In this document: positions 9,250 to 16,890 of the stretch, piece by piece | Layout: each line of letters opens with the position of its first letter | How positions within the stretch are numbered: position 1 is the stretch's first letter | IMG/VR virus record: IMGVR_UViG_3300009071_000004 | DNA from: a virus | Reading direction: 5' to 3' (one strand) | Length of the DNA: 39,585 nucleotides | Translations under genes and position numbers: made by a program | The notes under the pieces: generated by a model | What the model saw: only the letters and a program-made list of their open reading frames with translations | The model's database searches: none | What the model was told of the DNA's origin: nothing

Positions 9250-9490
9250 CTCCGAAGACGTACCAGTCGCCTTCGATGGTGTTGACTAGCCAGTCTGTGG
9301 GGCTAATTTCGATGATCGTTCCGTAGATGCATAGCTGTGTGGTGTTGTTTTGTAGCTGTTCTTCTGGTTCGGGGGCGATGTCGCCTTCGATCCAGGCTTG
9401 CATCAGGTAGGCCGTGTAGACGGACCCGTCGTATTGCACCGCTATTGCGGTGGTTTCTAACCCTTCGAAGTATCCCATGGCTGCAGTCAT
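9197..9490 (-). CDS. Hypothetical acidic protein, 97 aa.
   Basis: ORF whose start overlaps the upstream stop by 1 nt (both at 9490), in the co-directional leftward gene chain. No motif recognised. Confidence 0.6.
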   Translation of the reverse strand: MTAAMGYFEGLETTAIAVQYDGSVYTAYLMQAWIEGDIAPEPEEQLQNNTTQLCIYGTIIEISPTDWLVNTIEGDWYVFGDESWAEMQEWVGEDEAA

Positions 9491-10023
9491 TACTCTGTTT
9501 CCTCTCGGCTGTGTCGCTGTAGGTATCTGATTACTTGTGGACGGTTTTCAAGAGCGGCTTCCATTTTTTCGGTAGCTCTGGTTACCGTCAGGTAACATGT
9601 TGACTTGGGGAGCGCCATCCGTTGTGAGACGGATGCGTATGTTTCTCCTCCGAGAACGATGGAGATCATAGCTTCGGCTTCCCGTAGCGTCAAAGTATCC
9701 TCTATGGCGTCTAGGAGCGTCTCTCGTAGCTCCTGTAGCTCTTCGGTGGTATATCCGCCCATTGGCTTGTGCGGCTCTTGCATGAGCTTCTCAGTGGCGT
9801 CCATCAATCTTTGGTCGTAGCCGAGAACGTCGATCAGGTTCGAACTGATCTCGCGCGGCCCTCTCCACTTTCGAACCCCACCAGAATCTTTCTGCTTGTC
9901 TCTCATCAACGGACGCCTCGGTTCAACAGGCAACCCGTCACGAAGCAGTATTCGGTCCCACTTGTTAAACAGTTCTTCCCGTTCTCCATCGGACATTTCT
10001 TCCCTACGGCGACGGTTCGACAT
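9490..10023 (-). CDS. Sigma-70 region-4-like HTH protein, a putative transcription regulator or late activator.
   Basis: The C-terminal LTLREAEAMISIVLGGETYASVSQRMALPKSTCYLTVTRATEKME resembles the sigma region 4 / LuxR-type HTH. The N-terminus is basic. Confidence 0.45.
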   Translation of the reverse strand: MSNRRRREEMSDGEREELFNKWDRILLRDGLPVEPRRPLMRDKQKDSGGVRKWRGPREISSNLIDVLGYDQRLMDATEKLMQEPHKPMGGYTTEELQELRETLLDAIEDTLTLREAEAMISIVLGGETYASVSQRMALPKSTCYLTVTRATEKMEAALENRPQVIRYLQRHSREETE

Positions 10024-10495
10024 GATGGACCTCGCCGATCTCTGTTAGGAGATCGGACGGGAACGCCCAGTAGGGCTTCGGGATAGCGTCGTCAAACACG
10101 CCTTTCCCTACCCGCGGGGAGGTTTCTACAGCCCGTACGAGGGCACCTAGCTCGACAACTATTGAACGGTCTTCGTGGGAGTCGTAGAAGAACACTTCTA
10201 CGGGGTGGTGTTTCTGCCATTCGATCAAAGCATCCAGATTGGCGTACTTGATTTTGGCGAGCTTGTCGCGTCCGAACCCTTTCGCTTCGACTAGAGCCTG
10301 CGATGTCAGGAAGTCGGGGGTGTGTCGGATGAACTCGGACAGCATCGATAGTTTGAGTGGGGGACGGTTCAGGCCGTACGGGATCCAGCCACGGTTCTGG
10401 CTGTCGAGCCATGCGGCGCAACGCTCTTCTGCCACATCGCCCATCTGGGCGTAGCGTTGGCTCCACGCCATGTCTCTGAACGGCCCGCCAGCCAT
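10004..10495 (-). CDS. PD-(D/E)XK nuclease, T7 endonuclease I-like junction-resolving enzyme.
   Basis: HTPDFLTSQALVEAKG...HHPVEVFFY parallels T7 gp3 YTPDFLLPNGIFVETKG...QHPELDIRIVF, with an upstream acidic residue (VAEER). Confidence 0.6.
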   Translation of the reverse strand: MAGGPFRDMAWSQRYAQMGDVAEERCAAWLDSQNRGWIPYGLNRPPLKLSMLSEFIRHTPDFLTSQALVEAKGFGRDKLAKIKYANLDALIEWQKHHPVEVFFYDSHEDRSIVVELGALVRAVETSPRVGKGVFDDAIPKPYWAFPSDLLTEIGEVHHVEPSP

Positions 10496-10497
10496 CG

Positions 10498-10725
10498 TTA
10501 CACGTCTTTCTTCAAGTACACCCAGCCGCTGTCAACGGCAAACGGGACGTACCCATCTGCAGTTTTTTTACGCAACTGGATCTGCTTGTCGTACAAGACT
10601 TTGACGATGTCAATCTTGTAGTCGTTTTGCCACGGCTCTAGTTCGATCACAGGCTCTTCAACCTTGGGGATCGGCACAGCCAACTGGCGTTTCTTTGCTG
10701 CTTTCTTCGCTGGCTTTGGTCCCAT
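10498..10725 (-). CDS. Hypothetical protein, 75 aa, with a Lys-rich N-terminus.
   Basis: Start chosen at MGPKPAKKAAKK, preceded by aataggaggcgac. In the leftward chain. Confidence 0.55.
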   Translation of the reverse strand: MGPKPAKKAAKKRQLAVPIPKVEEPVIELEPWQNDYKIDIVKVLYDKQIQLRKKTADGYVPFAVDSGWVYLKKDV

Positions 10726-10733
10726 GTCGCCTC

Positions 10734-10889
10734 CTATTGGCATGACTCGCACGACTCGGGGTTTTCCAAGTCGCAGGATTGTTCGATCAGTTCATCGGCA
10801 TCTTCGCCCCAGTCGATACCGACTGTGCCGTATTCGCCCATCAGTTCGCCTTCTTCGTAAAGCTCCACCAGCGTCTTGGGATCAGTCAT
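10734..10889 (-). CDS. Small acidic protein, 51 aa, with a C-terminal Cys cluster. Not in the ORF track.
   Basis: My own translation: MTDPKTLVELYEEGELMGEYGTVGIDWGEDADELIEQSCDLENPESCESCQ. The ATG overlaps the RusA stop (ATGACTGA). It fills an otherwise empty gap. Confidence 0.5.
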   Translation of the reverse strand: MTDPKTLVELYEEGELMGEYGTVGIDWGEDADELIEQSCDLENPESCESCQ

Positions 10890-11277
10890 TTTCTTCACTC
10901 TTGCTTTCACTTATCCACAGGTGCCCTGTGGATGTGGATTCTAGTACAGATATCTGGCCATCGTCCATGTAGGCGATCCCGTTCAAAGCGTCCAACACGG
11001 CCTTCATGTAGTTGTCGATGTCGCCTCGCAGTACAGTGGGCAGCTCTGTAGGAGCAACTTCGATCCACATGCCATGCTTGTCGAAGTCGACCGTGACTTT
11101 CACTGGCCCTTCCAGAGGTTTCCGTCGACCAAACTTTGTCTTCCATGCTGCAGCTATCGCTGCTTCATGCACGAGTGTCGCTTCGGGCGTGAAGACACGC
11201 CCTCGACGACCCAGCCGTGGCCTTTGCTTAACTCTAGGCTTTATCTGTATGTAAGTCCGCATCGGTTTACGTGACAT
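10882..11277 (-). CDS. rusA: RusA-family Holliday junction resolvase.
   Basis: RGDIDNYMKAVLDALNGIAYMDDGQI matches the E. coli RusA catalytic region [27 protein letters not shown]. Start MSRKP is preceded by gaaaggctacct. Confidence 0.85.
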   Translation of the reverse strand: MSRKPMRTYIQIKPRVKQRPRLGRRGRVFTPEATLVHEAAIAAAWKTKFGRRKPLEGPVKVTVDFDKHGMWIEVAPTELPTVLRGDIDNYMKAVLDALNGIAYMDDGQISVLESTSTGHLWISESKSEEND

Positions 11278-11539
11278 AGGTAGCCTTTCGTCTGGGTTTG
11301 CGTCTGGTGTCCTTGCCCCTGAGCCTGTGTCGTTGAGCGGGGGTAGTCCCACCGTAGATCCCGCAGTCATCTAGTGGGGTTTCTTCCATCTCTTCCATGC
11401 GGGCCTGCAGGCAGTCGGCTGCTACAGGGCAGGGGGCGCACGTCGCTAGGGCTTCTCGTTTTCTGCTTGGTTCTACGCTGAAGAAAGCGAGAGTGTCTTT
11501 GCCTTGGCAGTTCGCTGAGTTTCTCCAGTCGTCACTCAT
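11267..11539 (-). CDS. whiB: WhiB-family Fe-S transcription factor.
   Basis: Four-Cys pattern C-x23-C-x2-C-x5-C (NCQG...TCAPCPVAADC), followed by GIYGGTTPAQR (the G[VI]WGG turn) and a basic tail. Confidence 0.9.
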   Translation of the reverse strand: MSDDWRNSANCQGKDTLAFFSVEPSRKREALATCAPCPVAADCLQARMEEMEETPLDDCGIYGGTTPAQRHRLRGKDTRRKPRRKATYVT

Positions 11540-11693
11540 CGCTCCACCAGCGTTTCGACTTGGGCGAGTCGGCGTCGTTCAGGTCATCGTTCAGGTCTTT
11601 GCGGATCAGGTACCACATCAGGGTGAGGAACATCGATGCCCAAAGTATCCCGAAGGTGAGTATGGCTGTGTCTGTGATTTCGAATTGCATCAT
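11532..11693 (-). CDS. Small membrane protein, 53 aa. Not in the ORF track.
   Basis: My translation: MMQFEITDTAILTFGILWASMFLTLMWYLIRKDLNDDLNDADSPKSKRWWSDE, with one TM helix. The stop overlaps the WhiB start, and the start overlaps the upstream stop (ATGA). Confidence 0.5.
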   Translation of the reverse strand: MMQFEITDTAILTFGILWASMFLTLMWYLIRKDLNDDLNDADSPKSKRWWSDE

Positions 11694-11839
11694 GTGCCTT
11701 TCGCGTAATATCTGTAGCGGCGTGGGCCGAGGATGCGTGCGACCCAGTCTTCGGGTAGCTCGTCGCCTCGTATGTCTTTGCGGTCCTTTAGCTCCAAGTT
11801 CTGTGGTCGTTCTTCTGGTGGTAGCTGGCTGATTCCCAT
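11690..11839 (-). CDS. Hypothetical 49-aa protein. Not in the ORF track.
   Basis: My translation: MGISQLPPEERPQNLELKDRKDIRGDELPEDWVARILGPRRYRYYAKGT. The SD taaggaaacc lies directly after the prim-pol stop. Confidence 0.45.
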   Translation of the reverse strand: MGISQLPPEERPQNLELKDRKDIRGDELPEDWVARILGPRRYRYYAKGT

Positions 11840-11854
11840 GGTTTCCTTAGGTGG

Positions 11855-12778
11855 TTATGCGGCGTGGCCAGATGCTTTGGAGAGCATCCTGTCTAGCTGT
11901 GGGCGTCCCTGGTCTGCTCGGGTCACCCATTTGGGTGCGTGTTGGTCGTGGGCCTCGTACAGGAACCCTTGTGCTTCTGTGAAGCTCAAGTCGCATTTGG
12001 CTAGTTCCCGAGAGAAGCTCCACAGCCATTCGGATCGGTCGTCGTTGCGGCCTACGCCTTGCGTGTACATGTGGAACGCTAGACCCGAGAGACGGTTACG
12101 TGCAGACTTGTTGCGTGTGACGGATCCTGCGCCGAAGTTCTTGGCTGTGACCAGAGCGGGTGCTTTGTACAGGGCGGCTAGAGGCTCCAGTTGCGACCCC
12201 TTGACGGTCGAGGCGGCAGCTTGGCTAGCGAAGTCTTCCATCGTGCAGTCGACAATCATGCGTCGATGCTCTGCCTCGCCTGGGTTGTTTCCTGGGTACG
12301 GCAGCCGCACGTAGTTGCCGACGGCACCGTCGGCGAGAGATGCTTGCTTCGGGTTGATCTCGCGGGTCGGTGCCTGAGCGATCTGTGCTGCTGCCAGCAG
12401 TGCGTGGCGCATCAGTTCGGCGGGCAGCCAGCCGTCAGCGAACACCCATACGTGGTAGCCCTTTGAGCGGGATCGTTCGATCCATCCTGTGATCCCGAAC
12501 TTGTCGAGAACGGTCGTGATGTTCTGGGCGTGGATCAGCGACGCTTCTTCGCCCTCGTCTACGTCGATGCAGCCCCAGCAGACAACGAACCCTGTGGGGG
12601 CTTTGACCATGGGGTAGACGCCTGCTTGTGGCCCGCCGTCTAGGTGCTGCTCTAGTTGTCCAACCCACCACCTAATTTGGGCCTCTAGCGTCTTGTGTGG
12701 GCTGCGGTCGCAGCCGCCTTTCTCGGTGCCGATCACGGCAGGGTTGCCCCCGAAGAGGGCGATAAATGCTTCTCTCAT
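11855..12778 (-). CDS. AEP-family DNA primase-polymerase (prim-pol).
   Basis: WGCIDVDEGEE (DxD metal site) and SRSKGYHVWVF (the sGxGyHvw motif) are typical of the bifunctional prim-pol N-terminal domain. It lies directly downstream of the helicase in the leftward chain. Confidence 0.7.
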   Translation of the reverse strand: MREAFIALFGGNPAVIGTEKGGCDRSPHKTLEAQIRWWVGQLEQHLDGGPQAGVYPMVKAPTGFVVCWGCIDVDEGEEASLIHAQNITTVLDKFGITGWIERSRSKGYHVWVFADGWLPAELMRHALLAAAQIAQAPTREINPKQASLADGAVGNYVRLPYPGNNPGEAEHRRMIVDCTMEDFASQAAASTVKGSQLEPLAALYKAPALVTAKNFGAGSVTRNKSARNRLSGLAFHMYTQGVGRNDDRSEWLWSFSRELAKCDLSFTEAQGFLYEAHDQHAPKWVTRADQGRPQLDRMLSKASGHAA

Positions 12779-12785
12779 GTCTTCC

Positions 12786-13892
12786 CTAGAACATCGGTCG
12801 GTTGACGATGGGGTCAGCGGTTGGCTGTACCGTTTTGATCTCGTCTTTCAGAGCTGCGAGAGCGGCAGCGTTGTGCGACGCTCGGGAGGCTGTTGGGCCT
12901 GCGCCGTCGTCGGGCGGCGGGACGTACCCGTCGCCCTCCTGCAGCGGGCGGATCGCCCCTGTCTGCGACGCTATGTGCAGGTCCACGTAGCCCGTCTTCG
13001 ACGGGGGACGCTTGTTCTTCACGACACCTACGGTGATCGTGTTCTTCTCCGCTTCACGTTCGTAGGCGTCTAACGACTCGTCTTGGCATTTGCGGAACAC
13101 TTCGACCACATAGGTGGCCTCGTTCTCGCCTCCGTAACGCATCGAATCCATGCCTCGTGCTGTGCCTCGGTCGGAGCGTTTGCCTTGATGCAAGCAGACG
13201 ATGGGGCGTTTCGCTGACTTGGCGAAGCGCTTCAGCTCCTGCACCTTCCATGTCACTCCGTCGTGGTCGCCGTCGCCTGGGATCAGCTCCAGATAGTCGA
13301 TGAAGACTCCCTGTGTAGGCGCACCCCAATACTGTTCGCATTCCATGACGGCTTTGCCCATGTCGTTGAAGTCAAGACCCTCGTCTATGACCACAAGGTT
13401 CGGGAAGTCGTCTACAGCGACTGCTCTCAGGGTGTCGATCATGTCGTTGTCGCCTGCCTTGATGGCTTGCTCTACATGTTCGGGGTTCAGTCCTCGCATG
13501 ATGGCTGCAAGCTTCATCAGTACAAGCTCGGCCATCTCGTCAGGGGTGAACAGGATGAAACGGCCGTGGGCGTTGTTGCAGATGGCTTGCATGACGAGCT
13601 GCGTTTTGCCGCTGTGTGCTCGGCCTGTGACGAAACACAGGTCGCCGTCGCCTACGCCTCGCATCATGATGTCGATGTCGCGGATGCCCCACATGAGGCG
13701 TCCGTCTATGTTCTGTAGGGCGTCAACGAGCGGGTCGACTGCGGACCCGAGGTGGCGCACGAACCTCCACTCAGGGTCGGACACGGGCGAATGAGCATCG
13801 TCTGTGTCCGACCCCGTGCCATGGGAGGTGGTCTGTTGCGCAGCTATCGCTGCTTCGATTTGGGCGTCGTCAAGGATATGCGGCATTGCCAC
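12786..13892 (-). CDS. DnaB-like replicative helicase (RecA-type C-terminal domain).
   Basis: Walker A GRAHSGKTQLVM, Walker B-like VFIDYLELI, CLHQGKR, and a C-terminal linker. It is adjacent to the prim-pol. Confidence 0.8.
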   Translation of the reverse strand: MAMPHILDDAQIEAAIAAQQTTSHGTGSDTDDAHSPVSDPEWRFVRHLGSAVDPLVDALQNIDGRLMWGIRDIDIMMRGVGDGDLCFVTGRAHSGKTQLVMQAICNNAHGRFILFTPDEMAELVLMKLAAIMRGLNPEHVEQAIKAGDNDMIDTLRAVAVDDFPNLVVIDEGLDFNDMGKAVMECEQYWGAPTQGVFIDYLELIPGDGDHDGVTWKVQELKRFAKSAKRPIVCLHQGKRSDRGTARGMDSMRYGGENEATYVVEVFRKCQDESLDAYEREAEKNTITVGVVKNKRPPSKTGYVDLHIASQTGAIRPLQEGDGYVPPPDDGAGPTASRASHNAAALAALKDEIKTVQPTADPIVNRPMF

Positions 13893-13929
13893 GTTCTACC
13901 TCCCAGTAGGCGGGTGTGTTGGTTGGGTC

Positions 13930-13963
13930 GGGCAGGGGCGGCTGTGAAGCTGCACCCCTGCCC
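13930..13963 (-). terminator. 9-bp GC stem-loop after the 161-aa gene, a terminator or RNA-processing candidate.
   Basis: GGGCAGGGG (13930-38) pairs with CCCCTGCCC (13955-63). It sits 11 nt downstream of the stop. The loop contains GCTTCACA on the transcribed strand. There is no U-tract. Confidence 0.4.
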
Positions 13964-13974
13964 ATTTGATGGAC

Positions 13975-14460
13975 TTAGTCTAGCCAGAGGGCTAGGGCTG
14001 AATCCTTGTGCTTCAAGTCGGGGCTGGTGGGCTTGTACTCGCCAGCGGCCTTCTTTGGGCGGTTGTCCCAGAACTCGTCTGGGGCGATGGCGTAGCGGGC
14101 TTTGCCCCACGCCTTGTTAGCTGCCTTCTCTGCTTTGTCTCGGGAGTCTCCCGAGTGCGGCGGCATGGGTGCCACGTCGGACGTGGGCATCGAGATGACC
14201 TGCGCTCCTCCGAAGGCTTCACGGGCAGCGTCTGCGAAGGCGTCGGGTGCCATGGGGGCAGCCTGTGGGGCTGGGACAGACTGGAGCGTAGTAGTTGCTC
14301 CTCCGCTGCCTGCCAGATCCCACACAACCTTCTCGATGTACGCTGCAGCCGCAGCGAGCGGCTGGTCCGTCTTGTCGGCCACGATCATGTCGATCGCTCC
14401 CTTGACGCAGACCTGTGCGACAATCAACTGGTCTTTGGGTGTGTAGTCATTCTTACTCAT
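13975..14460 (-). CDS. Hypothetical protein, 161 aa, in the replication-module position.
   Basis: Start MSKNDYTPKDQ is preceded by cataggagggcacac. It has an Ala/Pro-rich linker and a basic C-terminus. No motif recognised. Confidence 0.6.
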   Translation of the reverse strand: MSKNDYTPKDQLIVAQVCVKGAIDMIVADKTDQPLAAAAAYIEKVVWDLAGSGGATTTLQSVPAPQAAPMAPDAFADAAREAFGGAQVISMPTSDVAPMPPHSGDSRDKAEKAANKAWGKARYAIAPDEFWDNRPKKAAGEYKPTSPDLKHKDSALALWLD

Positions 14461-14598
14461 GTGTGCCCTCCTATGGGCGGTACTGGCAACGAACTCTGCT
14501 TGCCGTTGCTCAGGTCTACAAGGTACAGCCACTGCTGCAGTGACGTACAATCAGTCTTGAATATGACTTTAAAGTCATGTACGGCCACTGTACGGCCA

Positions 14599-15450
14599 TC
14601 ATTGTGTGAAGTGTCTGCCTTTGCAGTCGCCCCACGCTGGACACCATTTGGCGCTGCACAGAGCGTGCTGGTCGTTCTTCGGCCATGCGTAGTCGACGCC
14701 TACGCCCTCGTACAGGGTCACGAACGAGCGTAGTTGCTCTGCGAGCCATGAGGCGTGCCCGATGTTGCGCGTCGTGTGGAACAGTTGAGCGATGGGCTGT
14801 GTGGACTTGGACACGACTGCGAATGTGAAGTCGACCTCGGCCATCGCGCTCGTAGGCGCTTCTTTCCACATCAGCTCCATGGCTGTGTCCTCGCCGTACT
14901 CGTCTACAAGGTCAACGATGGCGGCTGCGACACAGTAGAAGGTCGGCTGCACGTACCAGCGGTCGATCTCCCACCCTTGGTAACGGTCGATCTGTGCTGC
15001 GGTCTTCCAGTCCCAGATGCGGCCGTTGATGTCGCGCGCGTCCCATGCGCCCTTGAGGCGTATGGTGCCGTCGGCTGTGAGGGGAACGTTGAAGACGCGT
15101 TCGATCTCTGCAGGGTCCACTGGAGGGACCGATGGAACGACGCTGGTGTTCATGCGCGACGCCATCCCCACGAGCTTCCCTCGCAGGGTGTCGTCTCCTT
15201 TGATCTGGATCCGTTCGAAGTCTTTGGCTTCCATGCGCGCGTCGAGCCACGCCACAGCGTCCTCTTCGGCTTCGCTGTGGCTCAGCCCGTGCAGGCGCGA
15301 CTCCATGTACTCGTGCAGGGCTGTGCCCAGCACTGTGGCGTCTGTGTCTGGCGAATCCCACTCGGGATCGAACGCGGAACGTCTGCTGCGCTCGGGGCAC
15401 AGCAGAAAGTCTTTGGCCCACGACTGACGGAACGTGTACGTCTTCCTCAT
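14599..15450 (-). CDS. Cas4/RecB-family PD-(D/E)XK exonuclease with an Fe-S Cys cluster.
   Basis: N-terminal Cys (FLLCPERS), a DARD...IWDWKT (D..D/ExK) core, QPTFYCVA (QxxxY), and C-terminal CSAKWCPAWGDC. Confidence 0.8.
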   Translation of the reverse strand: MRKTYTFRQSWAKDFLLCPERSRRSAFDPEWDSPDTDATVLGTALHEYMESRLHGLSHSEAEEDAVAWLDARMEAKDFERIQIKGDDTLRGKLVGMASRMNTSVVPSVPPVDPAEIERVFNVPLTADGTIRLKGAWDARDINGRIWDWKTAAQIDRYQGWEIDRWYVQPTFYCVAAAIVDLVDEYGEDTAMELMWKEAPTSAMAEVDFTFAVVSKSTQPIAQLFHTTRNIGHASWLAEQLRSFVTLYEGVGVDYAWPKNDQHALCSAKWCPAWGDCKGRHFTQ

Positions 15451-15959
15451 GGCCTACGGCCTTTCCCCCTAGCTAGACGGGTGCGTTCTGTGTTGGTAGC
15501 GGCATCTCCGCCGTTGCGATTCAGGAACTGGTAGAACGCCCATTGTGTGCCGTCGAAACCCATCTCGACCATGTGCCTGTACACGTCGGCCTTGGTCAGG
15601 TGAGGGTTCGCGCGCCACACAGCTTCGCCGTACTTGTTGTACATGCGTCTCACAGCCCTGACCCCGTGCGGGCCTCGGGCCTGCTCGGGTGACTCGTTGT
15701 GGACGTTGTATGCGTCCAAGATCTCCAGCCACACAGGGTAGCGATCCTCTTCGACCCAGTCGTAGAACTCGTCCATGATCTCCACGAAGTCATGGACACG
15801 AACCTGCTGCTCCAAGTAGTCGAGTAGCGGCAGCTCCTCAGGCACCCTGTAGACGCCCGTTCGCACAGGCGTAGGAGTTGTGATGATGACATCGTCCAGA
15901 TCCCTGCGCGGGCCTCCTGCGAGGATGTCGGCGATCTCGACGTTGTCCATGTAGCCCAT
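15447..15959 (-). CDS. Hypothetical protein, 170 aa.
   Basis: Start MGYMDNVEI lies 1 nt after the upstream stop. The stop overlaps the exonuclease start (ATGA-type). No motif recognised. Confidence 0.6.
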   Translation of the reverse strand: MGYMDNVEIADILAGGPRRDLDDVIITTPTPVRTGVYRVPEELPLLDYLEQQVRVHDFVEIMDEFYDWVEEDRYPVWLEILDAYNVHNESPEQARGPHGVRAVRRMYNKYGEAVWRANPHLTKADVYRHMVEMGFDGTQWAFYQFLNRNGGDAATNTERTRLARGKGRRP

Positions 15960-15960
15960 G

Positions 15961-16242
15961 CTACCCGTCCATCCCGAGGCGTGCTGGGCGAGTGTTGGGC
16001 CTGTGTGCTGGCCCACCGCTCACCCAGAACGACATCTTGGCGTCTACAACGACGAACATGTCGGGGCAGCCGAGCCGTCGGTCTGCGTGCCATTTGCGTA
16101 CGGCTGCGATGGCTGACGGGAGATCGTCTGTGTGCATCTCTACGTCTGGGGCATGGCCACCGTTGCCGAGATAAATCTCGACGCCGATGCCCGTCTCGTA
16201 TTCTTCTGCGTCTGCAGGGTAGATCATTACTGATGTGCTCAT
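15961..16242 (-). CDS. Hypothetical protein, 93 aa.
   Basis: The ATG is preceded by acacacacaaggccgaggaggccaca (CA-tract plus AGGAGG). Confidence 0.6.
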   Translation of the reverse strand: MSTSVMIYPADAEEYETGIGVEIYLGNGGHAPDVEMHTDDLPSAIAAVRKWHADRRLGCPDMFVVVDAKMSFWVSGGPAHRPNTRPARLGMDG

Positions 16243-16403
16243 TGTGGCCTCCTCGGCCTTGTGTGTGTGTATGCCTTGCCTGTGCCCCGATTCGCAGCCA
16301 CCGTAGGCGTGATGGAATTTCCATCGGTGGTCTGCTCAGACGGGGTGCAGCTCACGCTGCTGTCTGATGTGTGTATGTGTTCTCCTGTGATTGCGGACAT
16401 CAG

Positions 16404-16436
16404 GCAGCCCGCCACCCTGTGGGGGCGGCGGGCTGC
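16404..16436 (-). terminator. 10-bp GC stem-loop, an intrinsic-terminator candidate between transcription units.
   Basis: GCAGCCCGCC (16404-13) pairs with GGCGGGCTGC (16427-36). It sits 8 nt downstream of the stop at 16444 and is followed by a ~160-nt non-coding gap. Confidence 0.55.
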
Positions 16437-16443
16437 TTGTCGC

Positions 16444-16635
16444 CTACAAGTCTCGACTGTGCATGAGCGGCTTGGGAGCGGGCTGTACGGCCACGCTGGT
16501 AACCCACCACTCGTTCCTGTCGTTTGCTTGGAAGCCTTCCAGAATCGTTTCGGCGATGCCTTCCATCGCTTCCAGATACGCGGCCTTGCCCTCGGGCAGG
16601 CCGTCACGCAGGTGGACGTTCAACACGAGCCTCAT
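16444..16635 (-). CDS. Hypothetical protein, 63 aa.
   Basis: Start MRLVLNVHL overlaps the upstream stop (ATGA at 16632-35). Confidence 0.55.
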   Translation of the reverse strand: MRLVLNVHLRDGLPEGKAAYLEAMEGIAETILEGFQANDRNEWWVTSVAVQPAPKPLMHSRDL

Positions 16636-16814
16636 CGGGATCGCTCCAGCGACGCTGCGAAGTCGTCCATCGCTTCGGCTGTGCCGCATGCGGAGCAGAC
16701 CATGGTCTTGTTGTCCTTGCGGGACAACGCTCCTGGGTACAGCCCTGGCGTGTCGTTGTTGGGTATGTAGCCCCCGCATCCTGGGCATATTGGCTTGTTG
16801 GTTGTATCGGTCAT
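16632..16814 (-). CDS. Zinc-ribbon miniprotein, 60 aa.
   Basis: MTDTTNKPICPGCGG...MVCSACGTAEA has two CxxC pairs. Upstream lies ttcacacagacagaaagaaaccgat. Confidence 0.6.
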   Translation of the reverse strand: MTDTTNKPICPGCGGYIPNNDTPGLYPGALSRKDNKTMVCSACGTAEAMDDFAASLERSR

Positions 16815-16849
16815 ATCGGTTTCTTTCTGTCTGTGTGAACGGTTGGTGC

Positions 16850-16876
16850 GGGGCAGGAGCATGACGCTCCTGCCCC
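16850..16876 (-). terminator. 11-bp GC stem-loop after the DUF932 gene, a terminator or processing candidate.
   Basis: GGGGCAGGAGC (16850-60) pairs with GCTCCTGCCCC (16866-76). On the transcribed strand it is followed by ccaaccgTTCACACAgacagaaag and the next start. Confidence 0.45.
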
Positions 16877-16890
16877 ACAGAGGCTGCCTA

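Noticed and set aside
9650-9700. An internal TTGACG-N17-TATGAT match on the minus strand inside the sigma-like gene. A similar TTGACG-N17-TACTGG match lies near 10060-10095.
   Set aside because: Both lie within coding sequence, lack the conserved flanks of the intergenic promoters, and could arise by chance. I note them but do not annotate them.
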